Assembly (NCBI GenBank): GCA_951828235.1
Contig: OX639965.1
Location: forward strand, 1,668,212-1,732,211
Direction: 5' to 3'
Length of the DNA: 64,000 bases
DNA from: an uncultured Gammaproteobacteria bacterium
Lineage (GTDB): Bacteria; Pseudomonadota; Gammaproteobacteria; Steroidobacterales; Foliamicaceae
Shown here: one piece after another, positions 55,936 through 64,000 of the stretch
How positions within the stretch are numbered: position 1 is the stretch's first letter
Layout: every line of letters starts with the position of its first letter
Translations under genes and position numbers: made by a program
The notes under the pieces: generated by a model
The model's input: only the letters and a program-made list of their open reading frames with translations
Databases searched by the model: none
Told to the model about the DNA's origin: nothing

Positions 55936-57408
55936 ATGAAGAAGTCGGTGATTGCAATAGCGGTTCCGGTTGTGGCAGCGGCATTGATCGTGCTGCCGGC
56001 GGGATACTTCGGCCAGGTGACCGAAACGACATTGAAGAACCGTATGGCGAACATGCCCTACGGCTTCCAGATGGAGCTCAAGGATTACCGGCGCGGCTGG
56101 TTTTCTTCCACGGCGCGGCTGGAGTGGGAGCCCCTGGGCGGTTTGCTCATGCCGGGCCTTGGGCCTCGGGGCCCGTTACCGGACGCTGCCCTGACGGATT
56201 TGCCGTCCGCCATCGATATGCTGGTTTCGGGACCGATCGCAATTGATATCGAAATCGCACACGGACCGGTATTCTTCGCCGTGGAGCCGGGTGTAGGCCT
56301 GTTTCATGCCCGGGGACGGGTCGACTTGGGGAACCAGGCAACCGACGGTGAGGAGGATCCGGCGGACAACTACATGGAGTTCTACGTGAGTTCCTTTTCC
56401 GGCGCAACGGTCGACAACCGCCTGGAAATACCGGCTGCGGAAGCGGAATTCGGCCCGATGGCGGTCAATCTGGCGGGTGCGGCGCTGGAAGGCGAATGGA
56501 CCGGCCCGGAATCATTCCAGCTGCAGCATGTAGCGCTTGGCACTATGGAAATGTCCATCGGCGTCGCCGAAACCGGCGTGCGCATTGCGATCTCGGATCT
56601 GGAAAGCAGCACCGAGTTCCCGCAGGGCCTCGAGGGTGGAGCGATTCTATCTCCCTCGCAAGCGACCTCCTCCCTCGGTGAGATCCTCGTCGAGAGTTCG
56701 GAAGGCGATACCGTTTTTCGCATGACCGGCTTGAGCTCCGAGGACGCGACATCGCCGGAAGAGGACGGGACTTATCGCGCCGACAGCGACGCGACGATCG
56801 AGTCCCTGGAAGTGTTGGGGCGCGAATTTGCGCCGATCGAAATCCGCCAGACGGTCGGGGGTTTAAGCGAGGAATCGTTGCTGAAACTGCTGGCGGCCTT
56901 GAGTGGAGGCATCGTGGAGCCGCCTGCCGCGCCGCTGGAGCCGGAGGAGAATCCGCAAGGTCCGTCCGCGACTCCTCCCGGTCTTCCGGTTCCCGCCGGC
57001 ATGCCGCAGCTTTCCGGAGACATGCAGGAAGCCGTCCTCGCAGTGCTTGCGGACGGTCCGTACGCGGACATCAGCGCCGACCTGACCTACCGGGGAGAGC
57101 ACACGCTTCGTTTTGACGTGCACTACGCTTTTGAGTCGGAACTCGCTCCCGCCACGGCGGAAGAGATGAGTCTTGTGGGAATTCTCTCCGGGCTGGAATA
57201 CACCATGGACGCCGAGATTCCGATCCCGGCCGCGGAAGAACTGTTCGGTCAGGGAATCATCCAGCTCGGGTTGATGCAGGGACTGCTTCAGCGGATCGAG
57301 ACCACCTACACCGTCAGCGTGGCGCTGCAAAACGGCATGCTCAGCATTAACGGCATACCGATGATGCCTCCCCCGGCAGTTCCCGGCGCGGCTCCGCCCC
57401 CCGGCTAG
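55936..57408 (+). CDS. YdgA-like (DUF945) membrane-anchored protein.
   Basis: N-terminal anchor MKKSVIAIAVPVVAAALIV and the YRRGWFSSTARL motif typical of the family as I recall it. Confidence 0.65.
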   Translation: MKKSVIAIAVPVVAAALIVLPAGYFGQVTETTLKNRMANMPYGFQMELKDYRRGWFSSTARLEWEPLGGLLMPGLGPRGPLPDAALTDLPSAIDMLVSGPIAIDIEIAHGPVFFAVEPGVGLFHARGRVDLGNQATDGEEDPADNYMEFYVSSFSGATVDNRLEIPAAEAEFGPMAVNLAGAALEGEWTGPESFQLQHVALGTMEMSIGVAETGVRIAISDLESSTEFPQGLEGGAILSPSQATSSLGEILVESSEGDTVFRMTGLSSEDATSPEEDGTYRADSDATIESLEVLGREFAPIEIRQTVGGLSEESLLKLLAALSGGIVEPPAAPLEPEENPQGPSATPPGLPVPAGMPQLSGDMQEAVLAVLADGPYADISADLTYRGEHTLRFDVHYAFESELAPATAEEMSLVGILSGLEYTMDAEIPIPAAEELFGQGIIQLGLMQGLLQRIETTYTVSVALQNGMLSINGIPMMPPPAVPGAAPPPG

Positions 57409-57423
57409 AGTATTGATACGACG

Positions 57424-58167
57424 CTAGTGCTTTTCCAGGATGCTGCCGTGGCCGTAGATGCGGTCGTGTATGCCTGAGCGGCGCAGCGCGTCCCAGTAGG
57501 TGACGGCGTTGATCGCCAGCACCGGCTTGCCCAGCCAGGCCTCGGCCTCGGCGCAGATGTCCATGGCCGGCAGGTTGGTTCCCACCTGCACGATCGCCTC
57601 GGCGTCGTCGCCGTCGAGTTCGCGCAGGGCCGAGCGCATCTGTGGTCCCGTCGTGTAGGCGATCTCGATCGGCGACGGGCACTTCAGTCCGATCAGCCGC
57701 AGGACGTCGAAGCCCGCCTGCAGGAAGTATTCGCGCACCTGCTCGTCGCCGCGCGGCATGTGCGGAGTCAGCACCGCGATCTTCTCGACGTCAAGCGCGC
57801 GCAGGGCGGCGACGGTGGCCGTTGACCCCATGGACACTCCCACGCCGGCGCGCTGCTGAAGGTTTTCCTGGAGTTCCGCCGCCTGTTTCACGCCGCCCCA
57901 GAAGGCCTCCAGGGCCACGCCCATGATCATGTGGTCCACCTGCGCCGAGCAGACCCGGTCGATGGCGTCGCCCATGCCGTCGCGCATGGCCTGCACGTGC
58001 GCCAGGAAGTCCTTCTCGGTGGTGATCCTGCGCTGGCGGATGCTCACCCGGCCGGTGTGATTGGTGACGCCCGGCGGGCGCAGCAGTTCGCACTCGGGCT
58101 GTACTGTCGTGTTGGTGGAAGGCACCGCGAGGCCGACGCGAAGGCGGTGGCCGTGGTAGTCGGTCAT
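57424..58167 (-). CDS. Asp/Glu/hydantoin racemase superfamily protein, paralogue of 3575-4321.
   Basis: GLAVPSTNTTVQPE, QVGTNLP, and the same C-terminal WLGKPVLAIN...YGHGS pattern. Confidence 0.7.
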   Translation of the reverse strand: MTDYHGHRLRVGLAVPSTNTTVQPECELLRPPGVTNHTGRVSIRQRRITTEKDFLAHVQAMRDGMGDAIDRVCSAQVDHMIMGVALEAFWGGVKQAAELQENLQQRAGVGVSMGSTATVAALRALDVEKIAVLTPHMPRGDEQVREYFLQAGFDVLRLIGLKCPSPIEIAYTTGPQMRSALRELDGDDAEAIVQVGTNLPAMDICAEAEAWLGKPVLAINAVTYWDALRRSGIHDRIYGHGSILEKH

Positions 58168-58237
58168 TGTGAATCTCCGGCGGGAAATGGCTCGCAGGGA
58201 TTGTAATTCCGGCGGAAATCGTTGAGTATCCGCGCGG

Positions 58238-59581
58238 ATGTCTGAGTCTCCCACCTCCACCGGCGGCGTCTACCGCCTGCTTGGCTTCATTCCTCTGCGC
58301 CTGGAAGAGGGGGTGCGCGGCCGGCATGTGAACGCGCTCTACTTCGGTGCGTTCTTCTCGATCGGCCTGCTCACCTTCATCAATGTGCAGCAGGGCTACC
58401 TGTTCACCAACCTGGGCATTCCCGAAAGCGAGTGGGGCGGGCTGGCCGGAGGGCTGCTCCTGCTCAACGAACTCGTCGTCCTGGCGACCGTGTACCTTTT
58501 GGGGACTCTTTCCGATCGTGTCGGGCGGCGGGTGGTTTACGCGCTGGGCTTCAGCATGGTGGGCATCTGCTACGTGCTGTATCCCCTGGCCACTACGGCC
58601 GAGCACCTGTTCCTGTCCCGGCCGCTGTTCGCGTTCGGCGCCGCGTGCATTTCCGCCATGCTGGCATCGGTAATCAACGACTATCCCGAAGAGGCCTCGC
58701 GCAGCCGGTTCCAGGCGGCGGCCTTTATACTCAACGGGATCGGCATCAGCGTGGTCAATGGAATGGCCGGCCGGCTGATCGAGGGCTACAAGGGCCTGGG
58801 CCTGGAATCGGTCATGGTGGGGCGGGCCACGTTCGGGACCGCGGCCGGGGCCTGCCTGGTCGTGGCCGTGGTGCTGATCATCTTTCTCAAGCCGGGCGCG
58901 CCGGCGCAGGTGGAAAAGCGGGAGGGCCTGTTCAGGACCGCGGGCGTAGCGTTCCGCGCGTCGCGCAATCCCAGGGTGGCGTTGGCCTACGTCGGGGCGC
59001 TGGTTTCGCGTGGAGACCTGGCAGTCGTCAGTGTTTTCTACTCGCTGTGGCTGCGTCAGGTGGGAATGGAGCAGGGCCTGACCAGCGAGGAGGCGCAGGC
59101 CCGCGCGGTGCTTTTCTACATCGTGGCCCAGGCGTTTGCGGTGCCGTGGGCGGCGATCATGGCGCCGATACTCGACCGGATCGACCGCGTGGCGGGCATT
59201 GCGATCGCCATGTTCCTGGCCGCCTGCGGCTACCTGTCCATGCCGTTCTTCCCCGATCCCATCAGCAACTGGATGTTCCTGGGCGCGGCCCTGATCGGCA
59301 TGGGCGAAATGTGCGCGCAGCTCTCGGCCATCGCGCTTATCGGCAAGGAAGCGCCGGTGCGCGGCCGCGGCTCGGTCATCGGCCTGTTCAGCTTTTTCGG
59401 CGCCGTGGGCATCATGGCTTCCGGCGTCTTCGGCGGCTGGCTGTTCGACAATTGGCAGAGTTACGGGCCGTTCGTCATGGTCGGCTGCGGGAACGTGGTA
59501 GTGTTCTCGCTGGCGCTTATCCTGCTGCGCCACGAGACCCGGCGGCGCAAGGCGCAGGCCGGACTGGTCGCGAGCAGCTAG
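58238..59581 (+). CDS. MFS transporter.
   Basis: LSDRVGRR loop motif and a multi-TM profile. Confidence 0.78.
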   Translation: MSESPTSTGGVYRLLGFIPLRLEEGVRGRHVNALYFGAFFSIGLLTFINVQQGYLFTNLGIPESEWGGLAGGLLLLNELVVLATVYLLGTLSDRVGRRVVYALGFSMVGICYVLYPLATTAEHLFLSRPLFAFGAACISAMLASVINDYPEEASRSRFQAAAFILNGIGISVVNGMAGRLIEGYKGLGLESVMVGRATFGTAAGACLVVAVVLIIFLKPGAPAQVEKREGLFRTAGVAFRASRNPRVALAYVGALVSRGDLAVVSVFYSLWLRQVGMEQGLTSEEAQARAVLFYIVAQAFAVPWAAIMAPILDRIDRVAGIAIAMFLAACGYLSMPFFPDPISNWMFLGAALIGMGEMCAQLSAIALIGKEAPVRGRGSVIGLFSFFGAVGIMASGVFGGWLFDNWQSYGPFVMVGCGNVVVFSLALILLRHETRRRKAQAGLVASS

Positions 59582-59648
59582 CGGCGCGCGCCACAATCAA
59601 CGCGGCTGCCTGACCAGGGCGCCGCAGAGCAGGACACAGGGGACAGTT

Positions 59649-60650
59649 ATGCGACGACGGGAATTGATGAAGAGCTTCGGCGCGGTCGGCGCTTTGGGGG
59701 CGGCGGCGCTGGCCTTCAGCCAGGCGCCGCGCAAGGCGATTGCAAACGGCAACGATTCTTCCGGGGCGCCGGACTACCTGAGCGGTCCGTACCTGGACCT
59801 GCGCAGCCCCCAGGGCAACCAGATCGGCTACGCGCGCCTGAGCAGCGATCTGGACGAGAGCAAGCAGCGCTACGGCTGGTTCAAGGGCTACGTGATGGGT
59901 GTGCGGCCTGGCGAGAAAATCCAGGACCTGTTCGGATTCGCCGGTTTTGGGGTGTCGCGCCTGGAGACCCAGCCGGACGGCGGTATCGCCAGGGTGCTGC
60001 GCGAGGTGGGCTACTACACCGACCTGCATAGCGGCGAGATTATGGAGGAGTGGCACAACCCCTATCTCGACGAGACCGTGTACCCGGTACCGATCGCCAA
60101 CGATCCCTTCAATACCGTGATCAGGGACCACTTTCCGCCGCCGCCGCAGTACGGCGGCCTCAACGAGGACGACGTGCGCCCGCCGCGGCCGTTCATCCTG
60201 CCCTGGCGGCAAGTGGGAGATCGGCTGCAGATGGAGCGCCATATCCATCTCTACTACCCCAGCGCGCTCGATCCCGAAGTTTGGGTGCGCGAGTCCGCCG
60301 GCGAAAGGGTTCGGGTTTCGGAGTTCTTCTCTTATTCCCTGAGCGGCGCCGACATGCAGAATCCCGAACTCACCGCACTCCCCGTGCACGGTGTCTGGAA
60401 CCGCACGACGCCTTGGCTGCCGTGGATGCTGATGGGTCAGGGCGAGGGGCACTGCCAGTACGCCTGCTTCATGGGGTCGGGCGAGGACCTGGAACAGATT
60501 CATGACCGGGCGTTGCTGGATTACGCCGAGAAGCACCACGCCAAGTACTTCAACGCGCCGGAGACCTATTCCCCGGACACGCCCAGCCTGTCCAGCCTGG
60601 AACTGTATGCCATTGAACAGACTCCGGCGCCGCCCACCGGCGGCGAGTAG
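59649..60650 (+). CDS. Tat-signal periplasmic protein, DUF1838-like (copy 1).
   Basis: MRRRELMKSFGAVGALGAAALA twin-arginine leader. About two-thirds or more identical by eye to 60788-61813. Confidence 0.65.
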   Translation: MRRRELMKSFGAVGALGAAALAFSQAPRKAIANGNDSSGAPDYLSGPYLDLRSPQGNQIGYARLSSDLDESKQRYGWFKGYVMGVRPGEKIQDLFGFAGFGVSRLETQPDGGIARVLREVGYYTDLHSGEIMEEWHNPYLDETVYPVPIANDPFNTVIRDHFPPPPQYGGLNEDDVRPPRPFILPWRQVGDRLQMERHIHLYYPSALDPEVWVRESAGERVRVSEFFSYSLSGADMQNPELTALPVHGVWNRTTPWLPWMLMGQGEGHCQYACFMGSGEDLEQIHDRALLDYAEKHHAKYFNAPETYSPDTPSLSSLELYAIEQTPAPPTGGE

Positions 60651-60787
60651 CGTGCGCCTTCGCTCCCGGGCGATGTGCTGGTATCCTTGCAGCCCACGTG
60701 CCGGCCGGCACATGAGGCCGGACGGTTTCGGGGGACCTGCGCGGCGGGTCTGAATCAGCGGGAAACATAGAAAAGAGGGGAAAACCC

Positions 60788-61813
60788 ATGCAATCGAAAC
60801 GGCGGGAATTCATCAAGGGCTTCGCGGCCGTGGGGGCGTTCGGCGCCGCGGCGCTGAGTATGGGGGCCTGCGGCGACGTCAACGTCAACATCAATGACGA
60901 CAGCGCCGATGCCGGCGGCGGCGACGCCGACGGTTCGCAGGATTATTTCAGCGGCCCGTATCTCGATCTGAGTACCGGAGAGGGGAACAAACTCGCTTTC
61001 GCCCGTACACAGGGCAACCTCGACGAGAGCAAGCAGAAAGTCGGCTGGTTCAAGGGTTACGTCATGGGCGTGCGCCCGGGCGAGAAGATTCGCGACCTGT
61101 TCGGTTTTGCGGGTTTCGGCGTTTCCCGCCTGCAGCAGAATGAGGATGGCACGATTGCGAAGATCCTGCGCGAAGTGGGGTATTACACCGATCTGCAAAG
61201 CGGAGAAGTCCTGGAGGAGTGGCACAACCCCTACCTGGATGAAACGGTTCCCGTCGTGCCCATCGCCAACGATCCCTTCAATTTCGTGATCGCGGATCAT
61301 TTTCCCGAGCCGCCGGCATTCGGCGGACTGAACGAGGAGAAGCCGCCCAAGGTTCCCTTCAGGCTCCCGTGGACCCAGCGCGGCCCGCGCATGGACATGG
61401 AAGTCCACATTCACCTGTACTATCCCAACGCGCTCGATCCCGCCAAGTGGGTGCGTGAGTCGACCGGCAGCATGGTCCAGGTATCGGAGTTCTTCGCCTA
61501 TCACCTGAACGCGGCGGATATGCAGAATCCCGACATGACCACGCTGCCCTACCATGGCGTCTGGAACCGCACCACGCCCTGGCTTCCCTGGATGCTGATG
61601 GGCCAGGCTGACGGCTTCTGCCAGTACGCCGCCTTTATGGGCGCCGGCGAGGACCTGGAACAGGTTCACGACCGCAAGCTGCTCGACTACGCCGAGAAGC
61701 ACCATCCCAAGTACTTCAACGCGCCGGAGACCTACGATCCGGAAACGCCCAGTCTTTCGAGCCTGGAGATGTACGCGATCGAGCGCACGCCGGCGCCGCC
61801 GAAGGAAACGTAG
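60788..61813 (+). CDS. Tat-signal periplasmic protein, DUF1838-like (copy 2).
   Basis: MQSKRREFIKGFAAVGAFGAAAL leader. Shared blocks include WFKGYVMGVRPGEKI, EEWHNPYLDETV and NRTTPWLPWMLMGQ. Confidence 0.65.
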   Translation: MQSKRREFIKGFAAVGAFGAAALSMGACGDVNVNINDDSADAGGGDADGSQDYFSGPYLDLSTGEGNKLAFARTQGNLDESKQKVGWFKGYVMGVRPGEKIRDLFGFAGFGVSRLQQNEDGTIAKILREVGYYTDLQSGEVLEEWHNPYLDETVPVVPIANDPFNFVIADHFPEPPAFGGLNEEKPPKVPFRLPWTQRGPRMDMEVHIHLYYPNALDPAKWVRESTGSMVQVSEFFAYHLNAADMQNPDMTTLPYHGVWNRTTPWLPWMLMGQADGFCQYAAFMGAGEDLEQVHDRKLLDYAEKHHPKYFNAPETYDPETPSLSSLEMYAIERTPAPPKET

Positions 61814-61920
61814 GCCGTAGCGGCACTTGAATTCGTACTCGCGGCTGCCGCCGGCCGGCCGCGAGTGCATTAGAGCCTGTTCACAGGCCCTGATGCCGCC
61901 GGCAAGGGAGCGATGCTGAG

Positions 61921-63285
61921 ATGGCCCGCGGAATCAATCCGGCCAAGGACCGCGATCTGAAGCCGGATCCTTCAGGCATCCGTCTGTTCGGCCTGTGGTT
62001 CGTGCCGGGTCTTACCCGCACCCACGGATGGTCATTCATTGTCCTTTCGTTTACGACGGTGGGCCTGCTCACCGCGATTACCGGCGTTCAAACCAATGTC
62101 TTGAGCGAGAACTTCGGCATAGTCGCCAGGGACCAGGGGCAATGGATCAGTGCCCTGGTGCTGTGGACGGAATTCGTCCTGCTGGCCGTGTTCGCGGTCG
62201 TGGGAGTTGCCGCCGACCGTATCGGCCGCCGCCAGCTCTTCGCGGTCGGGCTGGTCTTCATGGGCTTCAGTTATGTCTTCCACGCCTACGCCGGCGAAAT
62301 TTGGCAGCTGTTCGGGGCGCGGGTCGCCTATGCGATCGGCATCGGTGCGGCCACGGGGATGCTGGGCACCATCCTGGCGGACTACCCGCAGGAAATCTCG
62401 CGCGGTCGCGTGGTGGCGATCAGCGGTGCGCTCACCGGCCTGGGCGTGGTGCTCATCAAGCTGATGTTCGGCGATGGCGCCCGGGTGGTGGTAGGAAGCC
62501 TGGACCTGCCCGAGGAAAGTTCCCTGACCGTGGGCCTGTTCCTGGTCGCGGCGGTCGCTTTCGTATCGGCCGCGGTGGCGGCCTGGGGCCTGCAACCCGG
62601 TACGCCCACCAAGCGTGAAGAGCGCCCGCCGGTGAAGGAGTTGCTGACCGCCGGCGTGCGCGAAGCGATCCGAAACCCGCGCATTGCCGTGGCGTACGCG
62701 GGTGCCTTCGTGGCCCGCAGCGACCTGGTGATCCTTGGCAGTTTTCTGACCCTTTGGGGGCGGTTTGCGGTCGAGAGCGCAGGCATAACCGGCTCCGATG
62801 CCCAGGCGATGAGCGTGCGCCCCTTCGCCGTCGCCCAGACTGCCGGGCTGCTCTGGATCGTCCTGCTCGGCTTCCTGCTGGAGAAGCGCGACCGGCTGGT
62901 GGCGCTGGCGGTGGCCTTCGGCGTGGCCACCATCGGTTACCTGGGGATGTGGTTTGTCGACGACCTGCTCTCGGTGGGAGCGATTCCGCTGCTGTGCATG
63001 CTGGGCGCGGGGCAGATCAGCGCCTTCTGGGGCGCCACTACACTCATCGGGCGCGAGGCGCCGAAGGCGTCGCGCGGCACGGTCGTTGGCGCTTTCAATC
63101 TGAGTGGCGTGCTGGGCATACTGGTTTTCGTCGCGCTGGGCGGCGTGCTGTACGACAAGTACGGCCCGGCGGCTCCATTCCTCATGGTGGGGTGCGCCAA
63201 CCTGCTGGTCATGGCAGCCGCCGGAGGGCTGGCGCTGAAGGAATCGCGCGCCGCCGCGGCCCAAAGCGCTGAAGGCGCCGCCTGA
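61921..63285 (+). CDS. MFS transporter.
   Basis: AADRIGRR loop motif and a multi-TM profile. Confidence 0.78.
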   Translation: MARGINPAKDRDLKPDPSGIRLFGLWFVPGLTRTHGWSFIVLSFTTVGLLTAITGVQTNVLSENFGIVARDQGQWISALVLWTEFVLLAVFAVVGVAADRIGRRQLFAVGLVFMGFSYVFHAYAGEIWQLFGARVAYAIGIGAATGMLGTILADYPQEISRGRVVAISGALTGLGVVLIKLMFGDGARVVVGSLDLPEESSLTVGLFLVAAVAFVSAAVAAWGLQPGTPTKREERPPVKELLTAGVREAIRNPRIAVAYAGAFVARSDLVILGSFLTLWGRFAVESAGITGSDAQAMSVRPFAVAQTAGLLWIVLLGFLLEKRDRLVALAVAFGVATIGYLGMWFVDDLLSVGAIPLLCMLGAGQISAFWGATTLIGREAPKASRGTVVGAFNLSGVLGILVFVALGGVLYDKYGPAAPFLMVGCANLLVMAAAGGLALKESRAAAAQSAEGAA

Positions 63286-63299
63286 GGCCGAACCACGAA

Positions 63300-64000
63300 A
63301 TGAGCGACACAACAGAGCGCGTCAACTGGCGCGCGCTTCTGAGTCCGTATTTCCTGCAGGTGTTCGGCATCTGCCTGTTCGGCTGGACGCTGGCCAACAT
63401 GGACCAGGCGTTTTTCGGCTATGCCATCCCGCCGATCAAGGAGACCTTCGCGATCGGCGATCCGGAGATCGGCTTGATCCTGTCGGCATCGTTCCTGGCC
63501 GCCGCGATTTTCGTCGTGGTTGCCGGGCTGCTCACCGACCGCTATGGCCGGCGGATGATGTTCTCCGTGTTCCTCGCCCTGTCGGCGCTGATGGTCGGCC
63601 TGTTTTCGCTGGCCGAAACGTTGTGGATGCTGGTATTGCTGCGCCTGGTCGGATGGTGCCTGTGTTCCGGCATGGTGCCGATCGTCAATTCGTACGTGGT
63701 GGAGGCCTCGCCCGCCCGCTTTCGCGGATTCAATGCCGGCATCCTTCAGATCGGCTATCCCCTGGGCTGGTTCATCGGCGGACTGCTGGCGGTCGAACTG
63801 ATGGGCAATCCCGAGATCGGGCGCATTGTGGGCGGGTTCCTCGAATCGCTGGGCCTTATTTCCGCCGAGGCCGTGCAGGGGGCCGGGAGCTGGCGCCTGC
63901 TGTTCATGGTGGCCTTCCTGGTCATACCCATCGCCGTAGCCCTGTACTGGTTCATTCCCGAGAGCCGCAGGTTCCTGGCCGAGAAAGAGGCGCAGGAGGC
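63300..64000 (+). CDS. MFS transporter, 5' part only (runs off the right window edge).
   Basis: Hand translation from the ATG at 63300 is MSDTTERVNWRALLSPYFLQVFGICLFGW...LTDRYGRRMM.... The frame is open to nt 64000. It is absent from the ORF track because no stop is in the window. Confidence 0.75.
   Translation, partial: MSDTTERVNWRALLSPYFLQVFGICLFGWTLANMDQAFFGYAIPPIKETFAIGDPEIGLILSASFLAAAIFVVVAGLLTDRYGRRMMFSVFLALSALMVGLFSLAETLWMLVLLRLVGWCLCSGMVPIVNSYVVEASPARFRGFNAGILQIGYPLGWFIGGLLAVELMGNPEIGRIVGGFLESLGLISAEAVQGAGSWRLLFMVAFLVIPIAVALYWFIPESRRFLAEKEAQE

Noticed and set aside
53388-63312. Antisense ORFs 53388-55247, 57791-59596, 59517-60713, 60755-61870 and 62032-63312.
   Set aside because: All are shadows of hutH, MFS and DUF1838-like genes and have the same biased composition. 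The sense strands carry diagnostic motifs (ASG/MIO, MFS loops, Tat leaders).

Overview
High-GC bacterial chromosomal segment (about 65% GC by eye, not computed). Housekeeping content looks proteobacterial, probably gammaproteobacterial: rpsU-dnaG-rpoD, glnS, proS, dapD-dapE, pssA, and a five-step histidine utilisation set (hutU, hutI, hutF, hutH, hutG). Nearly every real gene has a long shadow ORF on the opposite strand, so CDS calls rest on recognisable motifs in the supplied translations. Starts were refined by hand where a shorter start fits better.

Four accessory regions stand out.

(1) 21895-26340 is a 4.4-kb IS1595-family (ISXO2-like transposase) element. It has perfect 25-bp inverted repeats and an 8-bp target duplication (CTTATTTT). 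It sits 50 nt upstream of the rpoD start codon and splits the rpsU-dnaG-rpoD operon. Its visibly AT-richer cargo holds two tRNA genes, a secreted SNase-Excalibur nuclease and several membrane or coiled-coil ORFs. One tRNA has a Leu UAA anticodon on a Ser-type tRNA body.

(2) 5128-6494 is a tnpB-only element. Its 22-bp terminal inverted repeats belong to the same sequence family as the IS1595-type repeats. It lies between the two divergent halves of a cyclic-amide/ureide catabolic cluster.

(3) 10.7-14.6 kb is a PstI/BsuBI-type restriction-modification module beside a ribbon-helix-helix (RHH) antitoxin and a truncated MazF-like toxin.

(4) 32.8-36.8 kb is a patch of decayed toxin-antitoxin genes around a DUF222-HNH endonuclease.

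A 66-75-bp REP-like nested hairpin occurs four times; its core is conserved and its outer arms covary. No CRISPR array, rRNA or prophage structural genes were seen. All calls are from manual reading, with no database searches or folding programs.
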